A DNA stretch of 64,000 nt. It comes from Actinomycetota bacterium (GTDB taxonomy: Bacteria > Actinomycetota > Acidimicrobiia > Spongiisociales > UBA4744). The notes beneath the pieces are model-generated. The model worked only from the letters and a program-made list of their open reading frames with translations, had not been told where the DNA came from and ran no database searches. The translations under genes and the position numbers were made by a program. The stretch lies in NCBI GenBank assembly GCA_013152275.1, contig JAADGS010000074.1:1-64000 (forward strand). Reading direction: 5' to 3'. Shown piece by piece: positions 49,827 to 59,428 of this stretch. Position 1 is the first letter of the stretch; every line of letters begins with the position of its first letter.

Positions 49827-50069
49827 TCAGCGGTAGTTGGTGGTCATGAAGAACCCGCCGGCTAGCGCAGCCAAGCCGAACCAGAGCCCCCAACCACCGA
49901 AGAACGAGAAGATGTAGTTGAGGATCACCAACACCACTCCGATCGCCATCAGCGCGAACATGGTGATGACGTACCACTGAGGTGATGGAGGCTTGCGTTT
50001 GGGCGCAGGATGTGCGGGGCCGTGAGCGGCGGGCTGGCGCTTCTTCTTGCGGGTCTTGGACTTCGGCAT
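49827..50069 (-). CDS. crgA: cell division protein CrgA (copy 1)
   Basis: MPKSKTRKKK...PSPQWY..M..LM..G, two TM, MTTNYR; TAATCT 7 nt before ATG. Confidence 0.9.
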   Translation of the reverse strand: MPKSKTRKKKRQPAAHGPAHPAPKRKPPSPQWYVITMFALMAIGVVLVILNYIFSFFGGWGLWFGLAALAGGFFMTTNYR

Positions 50070-50079
50070 GGCTGCAAGA

Positions 50080-50280
50080 TTAGTCGGCGGCTTACGAGCG
50101 AGGCTCGATCTGCGTCCTCGACGGCGATGCCATCTCGGGTCAAGGCGTCGAGTGCCTCCTCGACACGGGTGGCGGGGACGGCCTCGATGAGCCGGGATCG
50201 TTCGACGCGGCCTCTTTGGAGGAGGAGCCGCAGAATCGGGCCTGTCGGATCGATCCGTCGAACCGGCCCTGTGACGTGCG
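50080..50280 (-). pseudogene. remnant resembling the MutY C-terminal region
   Basis: GPILRLLLQRGRV...RVEEALDALTRDGIAVEDADRASL; its end parallels the intact mutY end VVEDAGRILLAD. No clear start. Confidence 0.5.
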
Positions 50281-50286
50281 GTTGTT

Positions 50287-50520
50287 TCAGCGGTAGCTGG
50301 TCGTCATCAAGAACCCTGCGGCAATGGCCGCCAGGCCGATCCAGTGTCCCCACCCACCGAAGAGCTGCAGGACGTGGCTGATGAGGGCGAACACCACCCC
50401 GAAGGCCATCAGCGCAAACATCGTGATGACGTACTGTCGTGATGAGGGAGGCTTGCGCTTCGGCTCGGCGGAGCGGGGGTCGACGTTGCGCTTCTTCTTG
50501 CGGGTCTTCGACGTGGGCAT
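50287..50520 (-). CDS. crgA: cell division protein CrgA (copy 2, diverged)
   Basis: MPTSKTRKKK...PKRKPPSSRQYVITMFALMAFG...GGWGHWIGLAA...MTTSYR; TACTCT 7 nt before ATG. Confidence 0.88.
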   Translation of the reverse strand: MPTSKTRKKKRNVDPRSAEPKRKPPSSRQYVITMFALMAFGVVFALISHVLQLFGGWGHWIGLAAIAAGFLMTTSYR

Positions 50521-50732
50521 GACGACAAGAGTAGTGGTATTTGGGACTTCAGCGGTGTGTGACGGTGAAGGGACGTGGTCATGCTGCGACCAGGCCCCGC
50601 ATCGACCGATTCGCCGGCAAGGTCTGGTTCCGCGGGATCCTCCGTCGTGCAGGCGTTGAACACGTCTCGGGACGGCCGAGCCACCGTGGACCCGGCAGGA
50701 TCGCAACACCCCCTCATGGTGAGCGGACGCCG

Positions 50733-51533
50733 TCAGTCGGCGAGGAGAATGCGGCCCGCGTCCTCGACGACGANNNNNNNNNNNNNNNNNNNNNNNNNNN
50801 NNNNNNNNNNNNNNNNNNNNNNNNNNNNNNNNNNNNNNNNNNNNNNNNNNNNNNNNNNNNNNNNNNNNNNNNNNNNNNNNNNNNNNNNNNNNNNNNNNNN
50901 NNNNNNNNNNNTCGGGGCGGTATAGACATCGGGCCCCACGCACCAGGAGGCCACCGGGCAGGATGCACAGACGGGCCGGCGGGGGCGACAGAGAGTGGCG
51001 CCGAGATCCATCACCGCCTGGTTCCAGTCTGCCGCCGAGCCGTCGGCGAGCTGGGTATCGGCGGCATCGGCAAGCTCTGCGCCGTCGAGAGGCCGTCCGA
51101 ACCAGCGGCTGAGCACGCGACGCAGGTTTGTGTCGACTGCCGGTACCTGTTCGCCGAACGCGAAGCAGGCAACGGCGGCGGCCGTGTAGGGGCCGACGCC
51201 GGGCAGTGACCGCAAGGTCTCGGCGGTGGTGGGCCAGCCATGGGCCACGATGCTGCGCGCCGCCTCGCGCAGCCGAAGGGCGCGGGTGTTGTAGCCGAGA
51301 CCCGACCAGATGGCCAGGATCTCCGCAGCGTCGGCCCGAGCAGCCGATGCGGGGTCGGGGAAACGGTCCAGAAACCGAACGTACGCCCCGGTCACTCGCG
51401 AGGCCTGAGTCTGCTGGAGCATCACCTCGCTGACGAGAATCCGCCACGGGTCATCGGTCTGCCTCCACGGCAGACTGCGTCTCGTGTGGCCGTACCACTC
51501 GAGGAGGGCGGCGTTGCGAATCGATGCCTCCAC
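50733..51533 (-). CDS. mutY: A/G-specific adenine glycosylase (contains N gap 50774-50911)
   Basis: LPWR, SEVMLQQT, WSGLGY, LPGVGPYTA, VDTN, C-x6-C-x2-C-x5-C Fe-S motif. GTG start 51533. Confidence 0.9.
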   Translation of the reverse strand: MEASIRNAALLEWYGHTRRSLPWRQTDDPWRILVSEVMLQQTQASRVTGAYVRFLDRFPDPASAARADAAEILAIWSGLGYNTRALRLREAARSIVAHGWPTTAETLRSLPGVGPYTAAAVACFAFGEQVPAVDTNLRRVLSRWFGRPLDGAELADAADTQLADGSAADWNQAVMDLGATLCRPRRPVCASCPVASWCVGPDVYTAPXXXXXXXXXXXXXXXXXXXXXXXXXXXXXXXXXXXXXXXXXXXXXXXVVEDAGRILLAD

Positions 51534-51549
51534 TTGCTCGAATTCAGTC

Positions 51550-53471
51550 TTAGGGANNNNNNNNNNNNNNNNNNNNNNNNNNNNNNNNNNNNNNGAGGTT
51601 GTCGTGGTCGGAGCCGCCTTCCCGAGGGTGACCTGTACGACCGTTGCGGGGTCGACCTCGTCGCCGGCGGTGATCGATTGGGAGACCACTTTGCCGTCCT
51701 GCTCGGGCCCCGTCTCCACCGTGGTTGCACTGACACTGAGCTGGAGCCCGACGGCTTCGAGTGCGGAGCGGGCCTGGTCTTGCGTCATGCCGGTGAGGTT
51801 GGGCACGGCAACCGGTTTCGGGCCCTGGGAGACGACCACGACGATCGTCGATCCTGCAGGGAGTGGCTCGCCCGCAGCAGGCTCGGTGCGGATCACGAGG
51901 CCTTCCGGCTGCTCGTCGGAGTATTCGTACTGGAACTTGGGAACGAGGCCCTCGTTGCCCAGGATGAATCCGACGTCACCCTCGGAGCGGCCTGGCAGCT
52001 GGGCAGGGATCGTGATGATCGCCGGTCCGTCGGAGACCGTGATGGTCACCACCGTACCGGGGGCGTGTTTCTCCCCAGGAGGCGGATCCTGCTCGATCAC
52101 CTGGCCCTTCGGTGCGGTGGGATCGGGTCTGCTGACGGTCTTCACGACGAAACCGTTTTGGGCGATGAGGTCGATTGCGGTTGTCTTGGTCTCCCCGACC
52201 AGGGGAGGAACGGGGGAGGCTTTCAGACCGATCGAAACGAGTACCTTCACCAGAGAACCGGGATCCGTTTCCGTGAAAGCCGGGGGGTCCGTTCCGACGA
52301 CCATGTTCTCAGGGACCGAGGAACTCTCGGTGTTCTCTGGAATGGCCGTGAACCCTGCCTTCTGAACTTCGATCATGGCGTCGGCCAACGTTCGGCCGGC
52401 GACATCCGGCACCGACGCGGTGACCGGCTCAGGCGGAGCGGAAGGGAGTTGCTGGAGGAGGAGAAAGATGCCCACTCCGAGAGCGACCAGCAGGGCGAAT
52501 GCGGTGATGACGAACGGCAACTGGCTTCGCGGACCGCGGTCTTGCTGGACCTGTCGATAGACGCCGTCGGGGGAAGAAGTGGCAGGGGGAAGACCGACCG
52601 GAGGCATCATCTGGGTGGGAGCGTTCGAAGAGGCTGCACCGGGTGTCTCCCCGCCGAGAAACAGCAGAAGATCCTGTCGGATCTCTTCGGCGGTCTGATA
52701 GCGGGTATCCGGGTTCTTGTCGAGGGCGTGAAGGACGATGCGGTCCAGGTCCGGGGAAACGTCGGGATTGACGGCCGATGGTGCGGATACGGCGGTCGAA
52801 ACATGCTGATAGGCGACCGAGACCGGGGAGTCTCCCGAGAAGGGGGGATGTCCTGCGAGCATCTCGTACAACACCACACCGAGCGAGTAGAGATCGGACC
52901 GTTCGTCTGCAGGGACGCCCTGTGCCTGCTCCGGAGAGAAGTACGTGGCGGTTCCGATCACCGCTCCGGTCTTTGTGAGCTCCGACGAGTCGTCCCAGGC
53001 GCGGGCGATCCCGAAATCGGTCACTTTCACCGTTCCGTCCGCGGTGAGCATGATGTTGCCCGGTTTGATGTCACGATGGACGACGCCGGCACGGTGGGCG
53101 ACCGAGAGTGCTGCGGCAACCTCCGCCGCGATCTCGACGGCGCGACGGGGAAGGAGAGGCCCCTCCGCCCTGAGGACGTCGCGAACGGATCGTCCGTCGA
53201 CCAGTTCCATGACGATGAAATACGTTCCGCCCTCCTGGCCCCAGTCGAAGATGCCGACGATGTTGGGATGGCTCAGGTTGGCAGCCGCCTGTGCCTCCCT
53301 GCGAAAACGCCGAACGAATGCCTCATCCGTTGCGTACTGGGAGTGGAGCATCTTGACCGCAACCCTGCGGCCGAGCAGGGTGTCACGGGCTTCGAACACG
53401 TCGGCCATGCCGCCTCTCGCCAGATGTGAGAGGAGCTCGTAGCGGTCGGCCAAGACGGTGTGTTCCATCAT
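51550..53471 (-). CDS. pknB: Ser/Thr kinase PknB/Stk1 with PASTA repeats (3' end across N gap)
   Basis: GGMA, VAVK, HRDIKPGN, DFGIA, TM, about four PASTA repeats. Likely stop TAA 51550-51552 just past the gap; uncertain. Confidence 0.93.
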
Positions 53472-53495
53472 CCGTAGATTGTAGGGCCCGGCGTG

Positions 53496-54941
53496 TCAGG
53501 TGCGACCCTGGAGCCAGAAGTCCAGGATCTTCTGTGCTATCGGAGCGGCGACCGAACCGCCGGTGGCGTTCTCTCCCGCTCCCTCGACGAGCACGGCCAG
53601 CGCGATCGTGGGCTTCTCGACGGGGGCGAAGGCGATGAACCAGACGTCGGGTGATCCGGATGAGGTCTCGGCGGTGCCCGTCTTCCCGGCCACACGGATG
53701 TTCGGAACGGTTGCCTTCGTTCCCGTACCGGAGGCGACGACTCCCTCCATCATCTGGGCGACGATTGTGGCGGTCGCGGACGAGACGGTGCGGGACAAGA
53801 GTTCCGGAGTTCGTTCGGCGACGGTCGTTCCGGATGCGTCGACGACACGGCTGACGAGGTAGGGCTGCATCAGGAGCCCATTGTTGGCGATGGCGGCAGA
53901 GACCATCGCCATCTCGAACGGTGTTGCCCGGACATCACGCTGGCCGATCGCGCTCTGGGCGAGTGCGGGACCGTCGAGGTCGGCGGGATCGGGGAAGAAG
54001 GACGTCTGCACAGGCAGTTCGAATGCCGGTGGGGTGTCAAAGCCGAAAGACGTGGCGGTTTCGGCGAGTACGGTCGCTCCGAGGTCGAGGCCGAGCATCG
54101 CGAAGATCGTATTGCACGATTTCCGGAAGGCGACGTCGAGAGTGACATTCGTTCCGTCCACACACGGTCCCCGCTCGTAATTGCGGATCGTGCTCGTGGT
54201 GCCGGGAAGGGGAAACTCGGTCGGGTCGAGAAAGGTCGTGTCGGGGCCGGCAACACCGTTCTCGATCGCCGAAGCGGCAACGATGACCTTGAATGTCGAT
54301 CCGGGAGGGTACGTCCGTCCGATGGCCCGGTTGGCCAACGGTTCATCGGGGTCGTCGAGAAGGATGCTCCGCGCAGCGGCAGCGTCCGGAGCGAGCATCG
54401 CTTCCGGATCGAAGGAGGGTGTCGACACCATGGCGAGGATCGTCCCCGTCGAGGGGTCGATTGCCACCACCGAGCCTTTGCGCTCGCCGAGCGCCTCGAA
54501 CGCAGCCTTCTGGAGGCCGTCGTCGAGGGTGAGTTGCAGACTCTTGGGGCGGAGATCTCTTCCCATCAGAGCGGCGATCACGTCCGAAAGCGTGAGGTCC
54601 CGCCTCGACCTGAGATCTTCGGCGTAGACGCGTTCGAGGCCCTCGTCTCCAAACAGAAGCGACGAGTATCCGACGACCTGTGCGAACGCGGGACCCTCGG
54701 GATACGTTCGGGTGAACCGGGAAGGATCGTCCGGATCGGCGATCGAACGGGCAAGAACCGTGCCGTCGGCGGTGACGATCAGACCGCGTTCCTTGCCACT
54801 GATGCCGGCGGCGACCCGTGGGTTCAAAGGATTGTCCCGATACCGAGCGGTGTCGATGGCCTGGATGTAGGTGACGTTGAGAATCAGGAGAGCGAATGCG
54901 ACGAACAGGACGGCTGCGACGCGACGGATCGGCCCATTCAT
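53496..54941 (-). CDS. pbpA: class B penicillin-binding protein
   Basis: GSTFK (SxxK), SCN, KTG. Confidence 0.95.
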   Translation of the reverse strand: MNGPIRRVAAVLFVAFALLILNVTYIQAIDTARYRDNPLNPRVAAGISGKERGLIVTADGTVLARSIADPDDPSRFTRTYPEGPAFAQVVGYSSLLFGDEGLERVYAEDLRSRRDLTLSDVIAALMGRDLRPKSLQLTLDDGLQKAAFEALGERKGSVVAIDPSTGTILAMVSTPSFDPEAMLAPDAAAARSILLDDPDEPLANRAIGRTYPPGSTFKVIVAASAIENGVAGPDTTFLDPTEFPLPGTTSTIRNYERGPCVDGTNVTLDVAFRKSCNTIFAMLGLDLGATVLAETATSFGFDTPPAFELPVQTSFFPDPADLDGPALAQSAIGQRDVRATPFEMAMVSAAIANNGLLMQPYLVSRVVDASGTTVAERTPELLSRTVSSATATIVAQMMEGVVASGTGTKATVPNIRVAGKTGTAETSSGSPDVWFIAFAPVEKPTIALAVLVEGAGENATGGSVAAPIAQKILDFWLQGRT

Positions 54942-56233
54942 GGCTGTTCCTCGTGGGAGACGCGGGCGAGGAGCGCCAGGATCAAGAAGTTTGCCACCAG
55001 TGAGGAGCCTCCATAGGACATGAACGGCAAGGTGATGCCGGTGAGGGGGAGCAGTCTGGTGACTCCGGCAATGATCAAGAAGGCCTGCAACCCGAGGACG
55101 AACGACAGGCCGAAGGCGAGAAGTTTGCGGAACAGGTCACGTGATCGGAGTGCGATACCGAATCCGACGGCGACGAGCAGCGCGAACATCGAGATGACGG
55201 CGACGCTTCCGGCGAGACCCAACTCTTCGCCGACTGCAGAGAAGATGAAATCGGTCCATGCCGCGGGAATCCGATCCGGGGTGCCGACCCCGAGTCCTGA
55301 TCCGGAAAGGCTGCCGGACCCGAGGGCAAACAAGCTCTGAAGGATCTGATAACCGGCGTCTGCCGGATCAGCGAAAGGATGGAGCCAGGCCGAGATGCGG
55401 CGGGCGACGTACGGGAAAGCGACCGCGGCCCCGGCTGCTCCGACGAGAAAGAGTGACCCGCCGGTAACGAGATAGGCTTTTCGGTCCGTGGCCGCGTACA
55501 GCATGGAGATGAAGACGGCGAAGAGAAGCAGCGACGCACCGAGATCTCGCTGGAAGACGAGGATTCCGAAACTGGCGACCCATGCGAGAAGCAAGGGGAT
55601 GAGGTGTCGTGGTTCGGGAATCGAGAACCTTCCAAGCCGACGAGTCGATGCTGCCAGTGCCGGGCGCCGCTCCGAAAGGTACGAGGCGAGGAAGATGACG
55701 AGGACGATCTTGGCGATCTCTCCCGGTTGGAAATTGAGCGTGAGAGGTCCGATGACCAGCGTTGTCCAGAGGCGGGATCCACCTGCAACGACCCCGCGAA
55801 CGGGAAAACTCCAATTGGTCGGGAGCATCGGCAGGAGCAGAAGACCGACGGAGATCGTGAGAGACGTATAACGGTACCGACGTAGAGGGGCGATACCGGT
55901 GCGCCGGAGGGCGAACAACAACAGAGCCGCAAGAGCGGCGGCGATCAGCAGCCACCAGCGTTGGAGAGCGGCGAACCTTGGGCTGATCCGGTATATCTCG
56001 ATGAATCCGAGGGAGGTGAGGATGGCGGCAAGGGGAAGGAGAAAGGGACTCGCTCCGGCGGACCAGCGGCGAATGGCGACGTGGAGAGAGCCGAAGGAGA
56101 TGGCGAAAACGACGAAGGTCAGCGCAACTTGCGCATCGATGACACCACCCTGAGCCAGGTTGACCAGACCGACTCCCATCGAAGCGATGACCGTCGCTCC
56201 GACGAGGAGCGCGGCCTCGGCATCCCGGGTCAC
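54938..56233 (-). CDS. rodA: SEDS family peptidoglycan polymerase RodA/FtsW
   Basis: FQPGEIAK, QRDLG, GYQ, TDFIFS..GEELG, TGITLPFMSYGGSS; GTG overlaps pstP stop. Confidence 0.95.
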   Translation of the reverse strand: MTRDAEAALLVGATVIASMGVGLVNLAQGGVIDAQVALTFVVFAISFGSLHVAIRRWSAGASPFLLPLAAILTSLGFIEIYRISPRFAALQRWWLLIAAALAALLLFALRRTGIAPLRRYRYTSLTISVGLLLLPMLPTNWSFPVRGVVAGGSRLWTTLVIGPLTLNFQPGEIAKIVLVIFLASYLSERRPALAASTRRLGRFSIPEPRHLIPLLLAWVASFGILVFQRDLGASLLLFAVFISMLYAATDRKAYLVTGGSLFLVGAAGAAVAFPYVARRISAWLHPFADPADAGYQILQSLFALGSGSLSGSGLGVGTPDRIPAAWTDFIFSAVGEELGLAGSVAVISMFALLVAVGFGIALRSRDLFRKLLAFGLSFVLGLQAFLIIAGVTRLLPLTGITLPFMSYGGSSLVANFLILALLARVSHEEQP

Positions 56234-56937
56234 GGCCGTGTGTCGACGACGACGACGGTGATGTTGTCGTAACCACCGGCTGCGTTGGCAGCTTCGATCA
56301 GGCTCCACACCGCTTCGTCCGGTGTGCCGCCTGCCAACTTCGCTGCAATGTCGTCATCGGTGATCATCGAGCTCAGGCCGTCGGTGCAGAGCAGCAATCG
56401 GTCGCCTGGCTGGAGATCTTCGGTGAGTAGATCGACTTCCACGGATCTGGCGAGACCGAGGGCACGCGTCAACATGCTGCGCTGCGGATGGCGCGCGACG
56501 TCCTCCGGTCTGATCTTGCCGGCCGCGAGGTATTCGGCGACGACGGAGTGGTCGGTGGTGAGTTGGCGGAGCACGCCCGAGCGCAGGAGATAGGCGCGGC
56601 TGTCTCCAACGTGACCGATGGAAACTGTGCCGTCCGGATCGAGTTCGGCGATCGTGAGGGTGGTTCCCATGCCGGTGAGGCGAGGGTCCTCGTCGGCTGC
56701 GTCGACGATCGCGTTATTTGCGGCGGCGATTCGTTCCTCGAGACTACCGACTGTCGCAATGGCGACCTCGATGGCTTCGGATGAAGCGATCTCACCGGCA
56801 ACGTGGCCGCCCATGCCATCGGCAACGGCGAAGATCGACCGAGTATCGGAGCTGCCACTGGTTTTGGGGTAGAGGCAATCTTCGTTATTCGTGCGCACTC
56901 GCCCTTGGTGGGTTCCGCTTGCCCAGGTGAAGGTCAT
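56230..56937 (-). CDS. pstP: PP2C-family Ser/Thr phosphatase
   Basis: RTNNED, VADGMGG, HVGDSR, CTDGL, GGYDNIT; no TM tail. Confidence 0.95.
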   Translation of the reverse strand: MTFTWASGTHQGRVRTNNEDCLYPKTSGSSDTRSIFAVADGMGGHVAGEIASSEAIEVAIATVGSLEERIAAANNAIVDAADEDPRLTGMGTTLTIAELDPDGTVSIGHVGDSRAYLLRSGVLRQLTTDHSVVAEYLAAGKIRPEDVARHPQRSMLTRALGLARSVEVDLLTEDLQPGDRLLLCTDGLSSMITDDDIAAKLAGGTPDEAVWSLIEAANAAGGYDNITVVVVDTRP

Positions 56938-57350
56938 CGCACCTCCATGACCGTGTTGCCTACTTGGATGGCGTCGCCTTTCGTAAGAGTGAGCGGTGTC
57001 CCTACCCTTCTTCCGTTCACGTAGGTCCCGTTCGTGCTTCCGAGGTCGTGTACGACGATACCTTCAGGTCGGCGGATCAGTCGAAGATGGAACTCGGATG
57101 CATACGCGTCTTCGAGGACGACATCTGCCTGTGGACTCCTCCCCAGCACGACGGAGCCATGGACGGTGATCCGCTCACCGGCTTGTGAGTCCGATCGAAC
57201 GATAACGACTTCTTCGCCAGAACGTGTCCGAACTCGCCATCCTTGGACTCCGCCCAGGTGGGCGGTCACGGCCCGTGCGACCTGCCACACGAACAGATAG
57301 ATGAACGCGAGAAAGATGAGCTTGAGGAGTGTGAGCAGCAGTGCCGGCAC
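56934..57350 (-). CDS. fhaB: FHA domain protein FhaB/FipA
   Basis: N-terminal TM, GR, S..H, DLGSTNGT; GGAGG RBS before GTG. Confidence 0.9.
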   Translation of the reverse strand: MPALLLTLLKLIFLAFIYLFVWQVARAVTAHLGGVQGWRVRTRSGEEVVIVRSDSQAGERITVHGSVVLGRSPQADVVLEDAYASEFHLRLIRRPEGIVVHDLGSTNGTYVNGRRVGTPLTLTKGDAIQVGNTVMEVR

Positions 57351-57441
57351 CTGTTCCTCCCTGGTGACCGTCGAACAATACCTGTCATGAGGACAACTCG
57401 GTGCGTGCTCGTGAAAGCATCGAGTCCATCTCGAACCGCGG

Positions 57442-58086
57442 TCATGGTGTTCGAAAGTCGAACGTGACCGGACCGAAGGATACGACGGCGCCGTCATCTA
57501 TGGGGGTCGGCTTCGTGATCGCTCCGCCGTCTACGGAGGTTCCGTTGGCAGAGTTGAGGTCATTGATCCAGATACGCGCTCCTTCTCGCCAGATGAGCGC
57601 ATGAAGGCGACTGGCGCCGACATCTGCGATTGAGACGTCACACTCCACGGACCGGCCGACGAGCACCCTGTTGTACATCAATGGAAAGGGCGCGCCCGAC
57701 TGCGGCACGAGACGCCCCCACGGGGGGCGCGGTCCCGGCGCTCGTTCCGATCTGCAGGAGATCTCGGTCTTGGCCACCTGATCCGAGTGCTCGATAACGA
57801 CACTGGCGGGTCCGTTGAGACGCCAGCCACGTTCCATCGCCGTCTCTTCGAGAAGGAGCTCCAGGTGCCGGGGAAGCGCGTCGGGCACCTGCTGGGCGGT
57901 GTGAAGGGTGAGGATGTAGCGGCTCGGGACGGCGGGCCCTGCCGGTTCCTGTTCGATGCCGAGATCGGCCTCTCGGAGGAGGCGAATCCCCAGCTCGGAG
58001 GGGTGTAGGGGACCTCCGAACATCACACCTGCGAGGCCATCGACGAGGCGTTCGATGCGCCGTTCCAGATTCCGGGCGGTTCCCAC
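57442..58086 (-). CDS. fhaA: DUF3662 + FHA domain protein FhaA
   Basis: LERRIERLVDG, VGR, SRLHA, DLNSANGT; TACAAT 6 nt before GTG. Confidence 0.9.
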   Translation of the reverse strand: MGTARNLERRIERLVDGLAGVMFGGPLHPSELGIRLLREADLGIEQEPAGPAVPSRYILTLHTAQQVPDALPRHLELLLEETAMERGWRLNGPASVVIEHSDQVAKTEISCRSERAPGPRPPWGRLVPQSGAPFPLMYNRVLVGRSVECDVSIADVGASRLHALIWREGARIWINDLNSANGTSVDGGAITKPTPIDDGAVVSFGPVTFDFRTP

Positions 58087-58186
58087 CGGGCCATTGTATT
58101 CGATACTCCGAAAGACGTTGTCGGCCGGTGTAGGAGCCGGTCTTGGAGGGAAGAGCCATCTGGCACCGTGCTACGATGCCGTGCCC

Positions 58187-58270
58187 GGGCGAGTGGCGGA
58201 ATTGGCAGACGCGCAGGCTTCAGGTGCCTGTGAGCTCACGCTCGTGGGGGTTCAAGTCCCCCCTCGCCCA
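58187..58270 (+). tRNA. tRNA-Leu(CAG)
   Basis: GGGCGAG.../CTCGCCCA stem, CAGGC-TT-CAG-GT-GCCTG anticodon arm, long variable arm. Confidence 0.97.
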
Positions 58271-58274
58271 CGAC

Positions 58275-59285
58275 GTGTTTCCTAGCAGCGCCCCGCGGCG
58301 GCGCGGACGTCGACGCACCGCCGCAGTTCTGAGCATCCTGACCATGGTTGTCCTCGTATTCCTGGCAGCCGGTCGGTTGCGTAGCGACACGCGCGCCTCG
58401 ATCGCCTATCTCGTCGAGGCAAACGCGGCGGTTACAGGCTATCGGGACCTGGCTCAGCGATTCCAGGGGCAGATCTTGATGAAGCTGCCGGTCGCTCAGC
58501 GTGAGGATGTCCAGCTCTTGATGGACCAGTACGTGGAGGATGCTGCAACTGAGGCGGCCGGGCTGAGGAAGATGAGCGAACCGGCATCGACCGCGGCGGC
58601 CGCGGCGGCGCTCGACCTCGCCTTGATCTCGTGGGAAGATGGATTGCGATCGTTTACGCCGGGCCTGTTTGCTGTCGTGGACCGTCCAAAGGCGGAGGCG
58701 TCGGTGGAGGAGCTGTCCACGGCGCTGGCCGAATTGCAGGTAGGTGACCTGGCCTATGAGCGGTTCCTGGATGCGGTTGAGGAGCTGGGAACGAAGATCG
58801 ACCTTCCCGTCGAGTTCCCTGCGGTCGCCTTTCTTCCGGCAAAGCTGGGGGCACTTCGTCACGCAACGGGAATCATGGCCGTCGTGGAGAATGCACAAGG
58901 TATGGCGTTACGACGCGACCTCGAGATCTCCGCAGTGAAACTCGAACCACAAGAGGTGGGGACCGATGACAACGGAGACCTGATCCTTCCGGCCACGGAG
59001 TCGCTGTTGGTGCGGGCGAGTGTCGGCAACCTGGGAAATGAGAAGGAAAAAGACGTCCGGGTGTCGGTCACATTGCAGAGTTCCGATGGTTCGATCCTGT
59101 ACCAGGAAACGACTGATCTGGGCAGTCTCGACCCGAGAGGCTCGACGACGGTGGACTTCTCTGCTCTGCCGGTGACTGCAGGCAAGCGCTACACGATCCT
59201 GGTCGCCGTCACCGTGCTCCCCGGTGATGTGGACACCGGCAACAACGTCCGCCAGATCAAGATTCGCGTGAACGAACCGTCTTGA
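58275..59285 (+). CDS. hypothetical membrane-anchored protein with C-terminal CARDB/Ig-like domain
   Basis: Arg-rich N-terminus, TM, helical middle; V.NLGN, L.P..S.TV.F, D...NN pattern. Start inferred. Confidence 0.7.
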   Translation: MFPSSAPRRRGRRRTAAVLSILTMVVLVFLAAGRLRSDTRASIAYLVEANAAVTGYRDLAQRFQGQILMKLPVAQREDVQLLMDQYVEDAATEAAGLRKMSEPASTAAAAAALDLALISWEDGLRSFTPGLFAVVDRPKAEASVEELSTALAELQVGDLAYERFLDAVEELGTKIDLPVEFPAVAFLPAKLGALRHATGIMAVVENAQGMALRRDLEISAVKLEPQEVGTDDNGDLILPATESLLVRASVGNLGNEKEKDVRVSVTLQSSDGSILYQETTDLGSLDPRGSTTVDFSALPVTAGKRYTILVAVTVLPGDVDTGNNVRQIKIRVNEPS

Positions 59286-59290
59286 TACCT

Positions 59291-59325
59291 TCGTACCTCG
59301 TATCTCGTAGTTCGTAGTTCGTATT
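59291..59325 (+). repeat. five tandem heptamers TCGTANN
   Basis: TCGTACC TCGTATC TCGTAGT TCGTAGT TCGTATT. Confidence 0.85.
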
Positions 59326-59428
59326 CCGCCGTCAGCTCTCGCTCCTGGGTAGTTGACACGCCATCCTCTCGCCGGCCGCTTGGGAAATGTCGGCTGTCGA
59401 TCCGGCTTGCGCCGTTAGCATCTGATCC

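Noticed and set aside
50733..53471. 912-aa PknB-PASTA-MutY fusion in the ORF track
   Set aside because: The join crosses a 38-N gap whose true length is unknown; a TAA follows the gap (51550-51552) and mutY has its own GTG; a fusion would put a DNA glycosylase outside the membrane. Gap closure would settle it.
53472..53495. Absence of pknA between pbpA and pknB
   Set aside because: A single-kinase version of this cluster is also normal in Actinobacteria.
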